Shown one piece after another: positions 51,969 through 63,075 of a DNA stretch of 64,000 nucleotides. Source of the stretch: Bilabrum cf. latius (Eukaryota); contig OZ237759.1 of NCBI GenBank assembly GCA_965178125.1, positions 248,001 through 312,000 on the forward strand, written 5' to 3'. A program made the position numbers and the translations under genes. Within the stretch, counting starts at the first letter, position 1. Each line of letters begins with the position of its first letter. The notes under the pieces were generated by a model. It was not told the DNA's origin. It saw only the letters and a list, made by a program, of their open reading frames with translations, and did not search any database.

Positions 51969-52529
51969 TGATCCAAAGCAGACTGATCTGTCTCAACCGC
52001 ACTATCATCATAACCCAAACCATGCCATGCACGCCTCCACAACCCGAAGTGATCTTGTTGGTTCTTGACCAACGCGATAGTTCTTGCGACTGCAGTCTTG
52101 CACTGAGGCGCAGCATCTAGTGGTAGCTCCTACTCACGCAACTGCAACACATGCCAAGCTAATGACTGCTGCAACGATTCGCATAGCGCTGCTGCTGACT
52201 TTGATACTTGTGAGATGCCCAACGAGACAATTCGACCCGTAACCTGCGACCACAGTGTGCCCGAGCTTTTATGAGCGGGAGCGGTGATGAAAAGTCCACA
52301 TACCACCCTCAAACAGGCGAGCTTGTTACAACATGGTAATACAACATTCGTCTCGCAGAGTCTTGACCATGAAGCGGCTCGGCATTGCGATATTTATGGC
52401 CGGCCGTCGCTGAAGAAGACCTGCTCCAAATATCCTATTGATGGATCCGCGATGTTTGTAAGAAACATCACAACTCCGATCCTCATATCTTACCCGACTG
52501 TACGCAGTCCATGCTCTTTGGCTGCCATT

Positions 52530-53145
52530 TTACGCGAACGCAATAATTTCCACCTCCATCATTAGCGCAGCTCTAGGGGGAATGATCGGCGGGTACCCCC
52601 TCTCTCCATAAGCTAGTGATGCAGGAATAGACACTTTTGCTCGCTGACCGCGGGACATTGACTTGATGGCGATATCGAGGCCGCGCACAACCTGACCGAC
52701 GCCGACCCTGAACTCGAATGGCATCTTCCTGTCTCTCGAGGAATCAAGCTTCGTGTTGTCAGCGGCAAGAAACGTTTCGTAGTGAATGCGGACAGTGTGA
52801 CCATCCTTTGGGAAATGTGTCGCGTCGCTACGAGTGAAAGCAGGTCGGTTGTGCGCCTCAAACAGTCTTTGAGTAAGGGCGTATCACAAAATCTTGAAAT
52901 CGAGCGCACAGAAGGTCTTACCCAGCGACAATGGTCTGAATCTTGAGACTGGAGCCCGAATCGGATCCCACGACTACCCCACGACTCTCCGAGTGTCCTT
53001 TGGCCGCAGCTAGGCCACTTCGATCAATTTTGTGCTCCTCGTGACCCTACTCTGCTGACCCCATGTCTTGCTCGCTTGCGCCAGCAGACGTCTGAAAGTC
53101 AGACACCGGCGCTGGTTCGTCTGAGCCGCCTGATTGCGCTGCCAT
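52530..53145 (-). CDS. FKBP-type peptidyl-prolyl isomerase with an N-terminal extension; intron 52828-52921; ends in TAA
   Basis: GDATHFPKDGHTVRIHY...DSSRDRKMPFEFRVGVGQVVRGLD...LAYGERGYPPIIPPRAALMMEVEII. Confidence 0.88.
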
Positions 53146-53254
53146 GAGGCAACGAGCGCCGCTTTTGCTTGTTGTTGTGCAGTGTCCGCGGTACGTTCCG
53201 GAGCCAAAACTAACAACGAGCAACCGATGGACTTGTATTATTATTGCCCCCCGC

Positions 53255-55597
53255 ATGGCGGCCTCAACTCAATATGTCCGTTTAATTGTACCTTTGTTTG
53301 CGATGCTAGTCAGCTACACGGCTGCAGAGAACTGTACCCACTTGCTAGGCTCCAATTCGAACCTTGAAGGAAGCACTACTCTCGATACGTCAATCGAGTA
53401 CACTGTCGACCACCATGTCTTCGGGGGCCGTTTGTTCATGCGATTGAGTGCAATGCATGATGGATGGGTTGGAATCGGTCTAGCAGAATCGGTAAGACCA
53501 GGAGCAGTCGGAGCGTTTCCGCGATGTCCGATGCGGGTATGAATGTCTGCGAATATGCGCTTTGGTCACTCGTTGCCGACCTCCTGCACGCAGACCAGCG
53601 GCCACATGAAAGGTTCGGATCTTGTGACGGCTTACGTCACAAGCAGCGGCGATGTGCAAGTGAAGGACAGGTATGCTCCTTTCGTCCCCGTTTCCTACGA
53701 CACCGGCACGGGCGCCGCGTCCTATCCGGGGCTTACCGCCATTGCCGATGACCACAACGACTGGGCCATACACAACGGATTCCGCACCGCCGACGGCTAC
53801 ATGCGAATAGAGCTGAGCCGGCCCCTGGACACGGGCGACTCCCAGGACCGTCCAGTTGTTGCCGGGCCGCAGCGGATCGTGTGGGCATGGGGCGAGTCCG
53901 GCGCGGTGGGATATCACGGCAGCCACAGGGGCACTGGAACGATCGAGTTCATCCCCGCGGCAGGAAACGCACCAACTGCGAGGGAGCTGCTGCCTGAGCG
54001 GGGGGGTGAGGGTAATGGACCGCCGGCACAGGGCGAGTCAGCCCAGCCAGCCCAGCCAGCCCGTGGCGACTCCAATACGCAGGGGCCCGGAGCTGCGAAG
54101 CATGCAGTACGCCGCGCATCACTCGCGTCGGGGTAGCGATAGATCCCCCCGCACGACGGCTACTGGGACATCCGCGCGGAGAACTACACGATCCCCCCCC
54201 AGCGCACCACGTACGCCTGCTAGGCGGCCTACCTGCCCACGGACCGGAAGAGGCACGTGGTCGCATTCAGGCCCATCATCCAGGAGGACAGCACCAGGCT
54301 CGTGCACCACGCCATCGTGCACATATGCACAGGGAACACGACCTACTTCAGGGACCACCTGACCCCCATGAAGTGCGGGGGGGAGCACGAGAGCGGGGAG
54401 GGGTCCTCCCCCCTCGGGGACCAGTCCTCCAGGTGCTCGGGTCTCATGTACTCGTGGGCCGTGGGGCACGGAGACTGGGTGCTGCCCCAGGAGGCGGGCC
54501 TGCCCGTGGGACCTGGCTCAACGGACATATCCCAGATCATCCTGGAGATCCACTACGACAACCCCAGCGGGATCCAGGGCCACGTAGACAGCAGCGGCTT
54601 CCGGGCTTTCTATTCCGAGTCCCTCAGGGAACACGACGCGGGAGGCATGACGATCGGAGACCCGCTCACCAGCATGCAGCGCCTGCCAGCCGGCCAGAGC
54701 CGCGTGCATCGCCAGGCCACGTGCCCCTCCGCCTGCACCGACGGCTTTTCCGAGGCCGTGACCGTCTTTGCCGAGTTCCCGCACGCGCACTACTACGGGA
54801 AGCGCCTGTACACGGAACTGTACAACGAGGAAGGGGACTTCCAGCGGGTCACCACCCGGATCGACTTCTGGGACAACGGCTTTTAGCAGATGCTGCAGGG
54901 ATCCGACTTTGAGCAGTACCAGATCCGCCCGGGCGACTCGATGCAGACTCACTGCTTCTACGACACGGCGGGGTCCAGCAGCCGGGTGCGGTTCGGCACC
55001 GAGACGCGCGACGAAATGTGCATGATATTTTTATTCTTTTACCCGGCTCAGTTCCGCGGAGTGGACGAGAGCGGGCAGCCCGCGAGTCTGGCGTTCTGTG
55101 GGCTCGCGGACAGCCGGTTTCAGGTGTCTGCTTGCGGTGGCCTGTCGCAGGTTCCGATAGAGTATGGCCTCCTGCTGTTCACGCAGGTAGAGAGGCAGGC
55201 AATCGACCCGGAGGCCACGGACAGATTTGGTGTCTCGAGCGTTTCGGGACCTGGGGAGCCCTCCGAGGCGGCAGCTTGCAGCGGTGTGTATCAGGCCGGC
55301 TAGCTGTCATGGGGCGGTGGCATTGACGATTCTGCAAGGGGTAAGCCGCTGGAGGCCTGGGTGATTGGATTGATCGCTGCAGGTGCCGCTTTGGTGCTTG
55401 TCGGAGTTGTGGCCGCGGTCTTCCTGGCAGCGCGGCCAGCGACTCCGGGTGTTGCTGCGGATGCCTCTGCTGGTGGGGCGAGCAACACACATCAAACGGG
55501 CGCATAGGCTAGCGGTAGAGGATTGGCGTCCTTTAAGGACCCCTCGAGCAACTCAACCGAGCTGAGCCATGTGCCAGCAGGAGCCGAGCAGGCGTGA
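53255..55597 (+). CDS. DBH-like copper type II ascorbate-dependent monooxygenase (DOMON plus catalytic domains, C-terminal transmembrane segment); intron 53492-53593
   Basis: DOMON GWVGIG...MKGSD...RPLDTGD...WAWG; copper ligands VHH, EIHYDN, HAH and EMC. WDNGF(Q) has TAG at the conserved Gln. Confidence 0.88.
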
Positions 55598-55939
55598 GGC
55601 GTACCTGTCGTGGGGTAGTTTGCGAGAGTGTCGTGTCTGTGGTTTGCTCATTGATCCAGGATGTGTTGTTGCTCGTGACTTTCACCTGCACATTCAATGC
55701 CGGGTATTTCGAGTAGCATACGTGGTAAAGCACTGGCAACGCGTGCATCTGGATGCGCGCAACAAATCGGGCCTCGTTTAGGATCGGATCGGAGCAAGGC
55801 AACACTGACCCGGCCGGAGGCTTCACACATGCCAGGTACCAATCGAGTGAGTGGATGAAAGGCCAGCGTAGCTGTCGCCAACAGCTCATGCGGCGGATTC
55901 GGGTCCCGCGGTTCGGACCTGACCCGATGATCTTCTTGG

Positions 55940-58666
55940 TCACGTTTCCTCCACGATGAACAGCCCGCTGCCCCCGCTGCTGTCCACACCCGGCGCCCAT
56001 ACGTTGCCGTCGAGGCTGTAGATAGTCTGCGCATCGGAGCTGCCTCCTGCCCGCAGATCCACATACTTGACGTCACCGGACAGCGTGTTGTACCTCCACA
56101 GCTCTCGGTCGCTCTGCGAGTCGAAGTTTCCCGACAGGTACACGTTGGTGCCCAGCGCCACGGCATTCCCGCCCTGCGTGTCGTTGCTGGGGTCTAGCGT
56201 CACGAAGTAGTACTCGCTCGAGGTGACGTTGAACACGTGCAGGCCAGAGTCAGACCCGATGCTGCCGGCGACAGCGTACATGTCTCCGGCTCCAGCAGCC
56301 TCCGCATCGAACGATGTGCTGCCCGCCCCTGCCGTGGCGTCCACTACCATGGTCGCGCTGGGACTGCCCCCTGAGAGGTCAAGAGCGTGCAGCTCCACTC
56401 CGCTGCTGGCCGAGCTCTCCGCGGAAAAGTAGAGGGCACCGTTGACCACGGCCAGGCGAGCAGGGTTGCTGCTGCCGGCCCCGGCCTTGATGTCCACGAC
56501 GAGCGTTGCAGACGATGCGTCCGCCCTGAATAGCTCCCTCCCGTTGGCGCTGTCCGTGGCTGAGAAGTACACGTAGTCTCCGAAGGGAGTGAGGTTCTGC
56601 GGGTCCGAGCTCGTGGATCCGGGGAAGATGTCCGTGATGAGTGTGTACGTGCTTCGGCTGTTCTTGTTCCACACGTACGGCTCGAAGCCCAGGTTTGATG
56701 AGCTGGCGTCGGCGATGAGGATGACATTGGAACCGTCCAGACCAACGGCCTCGCGAATCAAGCCAAAATCGAACTTAGTCACGGACGGGAACGATCCAGA
56801 AATAGAGTAGGCAAACGTGCTGGTGGATCCAATGCTAATTACGAAGTAGAGGGTGTCGCCCAAGTCGACGAGCCCGAACGGGTCCGCGTTATCTGGCGAA
56901 CCGCTGACGATGTTGCTCTTGAGCCGAGTGGAGCTGCCATCCAGCTGCACGGTGCACAGCTCCTGTCCATACGAGCTAAGCGAGCTCCCAAACGCCAATC
57001 CCTTGTGCAGCACAAGGTTCTTGAAGTTGCTGAAGGACCCCCTTGTGACCTCCGTGATAGCCACGAGCGGAGGCGTGGATGGCGTGACAGATGGTGTAGG
57101 CGAAGTACTGGGAGTCGTAGACGGTGTCGGCGAGGTGCTGGGAGTTGTAGATGGTGTTGGCGAGTTGCTGGGAGTCGTAGATGGTGTTGGGCTGTTGCTG
57201 GGGCTGCTGCTGGGGCTGCTGGATACACTCGGCGTGGGCGAGGTGCTGGGGCTGCTGGATACACTCGGCGTGGGCGAGGTGCTGGGGCTGCTGGATACAC
57301 TCGGCGTGGGCGAGGTGCTGGGGCTGCTGGATACACTCGGCGTAGGCGAGGTGCTGGGGCTGCTGGATACACTCGGCGTAGGCGAGGTGCTGGGGCTGCT
57401 GGATACACTCGGCGTAGGCGAAGTGCTGGGGCTGCTGGATACACTCGGCGTAGGCGAGGTGCTGGGGCTGCTGGATACGCTCGGCGTAGGCGAGGTGCTG
57501 GGGCTGCTGGATACGCTCGGCGTAGGCGAGTTGCTGGGGCTGCTGGATACACTCGGCGTGGGCGAGTTGCTGGGGCTGCTGGATACACTCGGCGTGGGCG
57601 AAGTGCTGGGGCTGCTGGATACACTCGGCGTGGGCGAGTTGCTGGGGCTGCTGGATACACTCGGCGTGGGCGAGGTGCTGGGGCTGCTGGATACACTCGG
57701 CGTGGGCGAAGTGCTGGGGCTGCTGGATACACTCGGCGTGGGCGAGGTGCTGGGGCTGCTGGATACACTCGGCGTAGGTGAAGTGCTGGGGCTGCTGGAT
57801 ACACTCGGCGTAGGTGAAGTGCTGGGGCTGCTGGATACACTCGGCGTAGGTGAAGTGCTGGGGCTGCTGGACACACTCGGCAATGGAGACGCGAAAACAG
57901 AGCCGCCTGCGCTCGCGGCCGCATCCAGCACGCCCACGCGTATAGGCGTGTCTTGGTCCACGTCAACTACAATTTCCTGATCCGGCTCGATGATTCGAAG
58001 CGCGATTTGGATGGACCCAGAGGCAGAGTCCAAGGATTCCGCCACGTCCATTGCCCCCTCGGTACCGTCCTCGTCGAGCACCATCACGAGGATACGGACG
58101 GCTCGCCCTCGCCCTCGCCGACGCTGCTGCTGCAGACCGCGCCTGAGTCCACCCGAGGGTGCAGCCGCGGCAGTGTCGTTGGATTCGGTCACATCCACGC
58201 TGTCGACGAGGACAGTGCTGGGGTCCACCGCAAGCTAGGCTGCCACGGCGGCCGAGACATTGCGCAGCTGCTCGCAGGATGGGCGGCTGGAGAGGCCATC
58301 GACAGCAAATGCAGCTCTGGCGTAACTGGAGAACTGTGTTGCGTCGATTGGTCCAAAGGGCGGGCATACGATGCCTTCCGAAGCGACGACTGAATCCAGG
58401 TCCTTAGAGATCTGCTGCGACTGGTCGGCCGTCGCGATGGTCGCACCGCTGGTGGCTTCGTCGTCGGAGTCCTGCCCCAGAGAAGCGCCAAGAAACGCCA
58501 CGAGAGCCGCTAGAACCACAATGATCAATATGACCGGTACTAGCGTGAGTCCGCAGCACCTGGTGTTGCAGCCTTGACGGGTCCCACGCAGCTTGCTCGA
58601 TGGTCCATACGCCTCTCTTGGACTGTCTGGGTCGACTCCAGAAGGGTTAAGAGCCTCTTTACTCAT
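55940..58666 (-). CDS. Type II membrane mucin-like protein with an S/P/T repeat stalk and C-terminal ELWxxDGT-type beta-propeller repeats
   Basis: ORFs 55940 and 58235 join through TAG. N-terminal transmembrane segment; motifs GQELCTVQLDG, GFEPYVW, DIFPGSTSSDP, YFSATDSANGRELF and RELWRY. Confidence 0.8.
57209..57880 (-). repeat. Coding tandem repeat, 36-bp unit, about 18 copies (PSVSSSPSTSPT)
   Basis: Repeated gctggggctgctggatacactcggcgt.ggcga.gt units. Confidence 0.95.
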
Positions 58667-58761
58667 GGAGTTTGGTGCCAGCATACTAGATGGTCTTGTT
58701 GAATAAGCTGCGTAACCGCGGAAACAAGCGATGCCCACCTCGCTACACATGACAGGTGGAC

Positions 58762-58819
58762 CTCTCGCAGTCCATGTGAAACCCCCTGTATACAGGGGGT
58801 TTCACATGGACTGCGAGAG
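58762..58819. repeat. Perfect 58-bp palindrome at the host/virophage junction
   Basis: ctctcgcagtccatgtgaaaccccctgta|tacagggggtttcacatggactgcgagag, with no loop and no mismatch. Confidence 0.97.
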
Positions 58820-59104
58820 TAGAATATCGGGGATTTTACTTTTAATTAAAAGGGTTACTTTCCATAAAACGTACAAGAGTCTAAATTTCTGACTGGGTTA
58901 TTCTGTACGTGATAATTCGGGAGGGAGATGGTCCGGGAGTGAGTGTTGCTGGTCACGAACAGATTCTCCCATGTTCCAGTGGATTCCCCGTGATTCCCCA
59001 TGGTTCCCCTGATTTCCCGAATGGATATAATTTACTTCTCTGGGGGTTTCACGCTGGGTGCGGGGAGGCACGTGCACGGCGCGTGATGCAAGACCTCTGC
59101 CAGT

Positions 59105-59670
59105 CCTCTGCACATCCCACTACCACACACGCCCAGTGGATACCCACCTACCATCACTCACTGTTCTATTCCGTTCCTACAAAATGCCAGTACTCGGTCA
59201 CATACAGAAAATCAGTTGGTTTCATACAGAAATGCATTTTTCCGCTTTTCCTTTATAAAGTAATTCTGGTAAAATGCATTTCCAAATAATTTGTGTTCCT
59301 TTCCGTTCCAAAGCAAGTAACGAGAATCGTCTTTGAACAAAATCGTTCAGCCTTACTTTTTTTCTACTGGCATTCTCGCCCCAAACCCTTAAACCTCTGC
59401 ACACACCACTACCACACACGCCCAGTGGATACTCATTTACCCTTACTTACTGTTCCTTTCTGTACCTCAAAAATGCCAGTACTCGGTCACATACAGAAAA
59501 TCAGTTGGTTTCGTACAGAAATGCATTTTTCCGCTTTTCCTTTATAAAGTAATTCTGGTAAAATGCATTTCCAAATAATTTGTGTTCCTTTCCGTTCCAA
59601 AGCAAGTAACGAGAATCGTCTTTGAACAAAATAGTTCAGCCTTACTTTTTTTCTACTGGCATTTTCGCCC
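59105..59670. repeat. Two direct copies of a ~277-bp unit (period 289 bp) in the non-coding terminal region of the virophage
   Basis: 59105-59381 matches 59394-59670 (for example gcccagtgga at 59131 and 59420). Confidence 0.93.
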
Positions 59671-59811
59671 TTACTCCTTGTCTACTTTCCAAGAACTATT
59701 CTAATGAATAGTACCGTTCATTCTTACAGTTCTAAAAGTTGTCTGGTTCATCAATAGGATTTTCATATTGATATTCTAGTTCAATATAATTATCCTCAAT
59801 CCTTAATTTTC

Positions 59812-59815
59812 TCTA
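59812..59815 (+). promoter_or_regulatory. TCTA late-promoter-like motif 11 nt upstream of the protease ATG
   Basis: ttaattttcTCTAcctaagattatATG; position and AT-rich context match the CroV/mavirus late motif. Confidence 0.5.
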
Positions 59816-59826
59816 CCTAAGATTAT

Positions 59827-60348
59827 ATGGATCAAACCCTAAACCCCACACAACTAACTCATCTTGCCAATCGTTTCAGCATACCCAATTTCAATTGGAT
59901 ACAATACAAAGATATCTTACATCATGGTTTACCCCAAGGCGATTTCGTACTTTTTTACCCTCAAGAACAATCCGGCAACACCATCAGCGGTCACTACACC
60001 TGTGTTATTCAAACTCCCAATGTTATCTATTTCTACGATCCTTATGGCGAACTTCCTGATACACACAAAGTAAACCTTTCTGGTGCACAAAAACAAATCC
60101 TATACGATCGCAAACTCAACCACCAAAACCTCACCAAGTTACTCTGGCAAACTGGTAAGTTAGTTGATTATTCACACTACCCACACCAACAATACTCCGA
60201 TGATATCGCAACATGTGGTCGACACTGCGTCTTACGCCTTGCCAATCGCTAGATGAGCAATGATCAATACCACAAGTACCTCAAATACCTTAGCAAACTA
60301 AACAATCAACCCAATCTAGATAAACTAGTGTTTCAAATAACTCAGTAA
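59827..60348 (+). CDS. Virophage maturation cysteine protease (adenain/Ulp1-like), 173 aa
   Basis: SGHYTC (His), YFYDPYG (Asp) and HQQ...ATCGRHCVLR (Gln, Cys). One TAG at 60250, TAA stop. Confidence 0.9.
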
Positions 60349-60371
60349 TTATTATCACTGGTAGTAATTAT

Positions 60372-61283
60372 ATGGCAAAAAGTCACGTAATTGATTACCA
60401 ATACGTAAACCTATAGTAGTTCAACCAAGGCAAAACCGATCTTGAAACCAATCTTGAACAAACACGACAATCAACCTTCCTCAAACCCAACAAAGGATAC
60501 CTGTTTGGCATTGTTAGATGGTTTATTAGCAACGGTGTTGCCTTACCTGTTTTCCAAGCACCACTCAATCCACTTTCAATTAGTGTTGAACCCAATTCTG
60601 GCACTGCCGAAATAATTGATCTTACCTTTTCCGAGGATCTGTACTACAACATGCAGGATCTCGTCGCCGAACTCAATGCCTCAATCAAAGTTGCATGTGA
60701 TAATCTATCTATTGGTACAGGTGATCAACCATCAGTTAGTTTCGACGGCAAACTATTTTCCATCAACTCCAATACCGCCTTTCGTTCCGCCAATCGTCTT
60801 GGATTCAACCCCAGATTAACCCGAATGTTACACACTTTTCGTTTTGAATCAGGCAGCGGCAATCCATCCGATAGTTGGAACTGGCTACTACTAGAAAATG
60901 ATCTCGAAACACAATTCACCGATTCACTCGAAAATATCGATCCTGTTGCCCGTATCCTTATCAAAGCACGGGGTTTACCCATTAATCAAGAACTAACACC
61001 TTTACCACTCAACTCACAAGGCAAAATCTCCGATAAAAGCGAAAGTATTGTTACCGATTTTAAAGTGGTTATGACCAACGGATCTCCTTATAGATCTTTC
61101 TTATATAATGCTAGTAGCACTCCACGATGGACTCAAATGCTGGATGTATCTGGTAGTACTAAAAACTTAACCTTTGAATTATACTGGTTAGATTATAGAG
61201 GTGTTGAAACAAGAATAAGTTTACCCAGCGAATCAGCCGGCGATATCAAAGGTTTGTTTAAGGAAATTAGCGAATTCACTTGA
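60372..61283 (+). CDS. Virophage minor capsid protein (penton), 303 aa
   Basis: YVNL(Q)(Q)FN...EQTRQSTFL.P...Y.FGIVRW.I....LPVF N-terminal pattern and C-terminal ELYWLDYRG...I.LP...IK.LF. Lies between protease and MCP. Tandem TAGTAG at 60414-60419. Confidence 0.8.
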
Positions 61284-61291
61284 TTTTTTTT

Positions 61292-61295
61292 TCTA
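61292..61295 (+). promoter_or_regulatory. TCTA late-promoter-like motif 13 nt upstream of the MCP ATG
   Basis: ttttttttTCTAcaacctagttataATG. Confidence 0.55.
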
Positions 61296-61308
61296 CAACC
61301 TAGTTATA

Positions 61309-63030
61309 ATGAGTGAAATTAACTCTAATCTCCCTTTAGAAATTGGAATCAGCAAAAGCTACCAATTTACCGCCCCCTCTCAACTTAAGTACCAAAGTCA
61401 AGCCGATGCACGTAATGCCGTTTATGAGGATCACCCATCAACCAAACCACTTTCAAACACTGGTTGGAGCTACCGTTGGCAGTTTGATCCTGCTGATGGA
61501 TTGCTTGGTATTCCCGATATGGAATTCTAGAACCTTAGTTTCTTACTAACTCTCAATGGTGGTGGCAATCTTGTCCCCGATGACCTTAAAAACAACCTTG
61601 GTATCGCCACCTTCGGCGAATCATCAGTTGTTGAGAGAATCGATTTCAATCAAGCAGGACAAAATATCCAAACCGAGCCATCCAAAATGCGATACATCTG
61701 GGCTGGTATGAACTCCATTGAAGTCAACTCCCTTATCACCAATGGTCCTGAACCTGATACCAGTTCAAAATATGTACCTCTGGCACAAAGCAATGTGCTT
61801 CGGGATGGTTTTAACTCCACCTCAAACACCAACACTCGCGGTTTAGGCTTACGGTACAATGCCACTCTAGAGGCTGTAGATGCCGCCACCGTTAGATTTA
61901 CTATTCCTAGTTTAATTTGCCGTCTACCCTCCGATGCTTTTGATTTCAAATCAGAGTACCCAAAACCATGCAATAGCATGGATCAATGGAGTCTTGAACT
62001 AAAACTTAATAACGTTGCCGCCAGCCTTGTTCGTTCTGGTCTTGACGACTTAAGAGTTGCATTAGAAGGAGGAACTGTAAATATGCGTCTACACACTAAG
62101 AACGCTGCACTCCAAGTTCCTCTCAGCACCAATTACGCCTACCCATGGGAAAAAACAATTCCTCATGAATTTGTGGGTAATACTGCTTTACTTGCTAATA
62201 GCGAAACCGTTGTCAACATTCCCATCATCAGAGAAGACGTTGTTCCCGATATGTTTGTTCCTCATGTTGTGGTCAATCGTGGTGCTGATGATTATGGTCC
62301 TGATATAACTCTACCTATTACTCACATAAGTTGCACCGTCGGCAATAAATTCAAACTTCTTGATGATCACAGCACTCGCGATCTTTACGATTTAGCCGTT
62401 TCAAATGGTTACGTTGGTAGTTATGCCTAGTTTGCTGGTTTACTACTCAACCCCGCTGAAAGTACCCTTGCCAATTAGGTACTCGCCAATTGGAGCATCT
62501 TACCTTTACGCCCCAGTTAGATGCCACTAGATGCCGAATTAATGAGTGGTGTCAAGAAAGAGTTTAGACTCACCAGCCTACAACTCACCATTGCCAACCG
62601 CACAGCCAATGCAATCGCAGCCGGCGATTACACCATCCAAATCCCTTTCATGTATGGCGGATACATTGAATTTAAAAATGGACGCATTCAAGCCAAAGAG
62701 GTTGTTATTCCAGTAGCCAAAACACTCACCAGCGCTCCTGTGGTCTATCTTGAGGATGACAGCGAACATGCTATTCAAGGCGGACGCGGTGGACGCGGTT
62801 GGAAGAAATTCAAGAACTTCGTCAAGAAAGCTACACCATTTGTCCAAAAAGCCAGCAAATTTGTACGCAACCTACCAGGTGTAAACAAGGTCGCTGGTGA
62901 TAGTACCGCTCTAGGACAGGTTATGGCTCTTGCGGGGGCTGGAACAACTCACGTTGGCGGTGGGGTTTAGATGGTTGGAGGTCAAGTGATGAGTTCAAGC
63001 TAGGCAGATGCAATGGGAGGTTCTTACTAA
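61309..63030 (+). CDS. Virophage major capsid protein (double jelly-roll), 573 aa
   Basis: One frame with six TAGs (61528, 62428, 62476, 62518, 62968, 63001) and a TAA stop. Size, position after the penton, PDMF..HV and RDLYDLAVSNGY motifs, and a diglycine followed by a basic amphipathic Gly-rich tail all fit virophage MCPs. Confidence 0.85.
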
Positions 63031-63075
63031 TCAATAAATTCATTCTAAATTATATATCTCACTATGTAATATAGA

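Noticed and set aside
1841-57880. Tandem repeats (1841-2240, 3008-3432, 57209-57880) as CRISPR arrays
   Set aside because: They have no unique spacers, unit lengths are multiples of three within coding frames, and there are no cas genes.
1-58700. Host genes as pseudogenes, or TAG as pyrrolysine or occasional readthrough
   Set aside because: TAG is pervasive, occurs many times per gene, and sits at conserved Gln positions of essential motifs.
13590-58819. Resemblance between the 13.6-kb hairpin arm (gggttttcagtgtgga) and the virophage palindrome arm (ggggtttcacatgga)
   Set aside because: The match is short and gapped, and the arms have opposite polarity within their stems, so it cannot be distinguished from chance.
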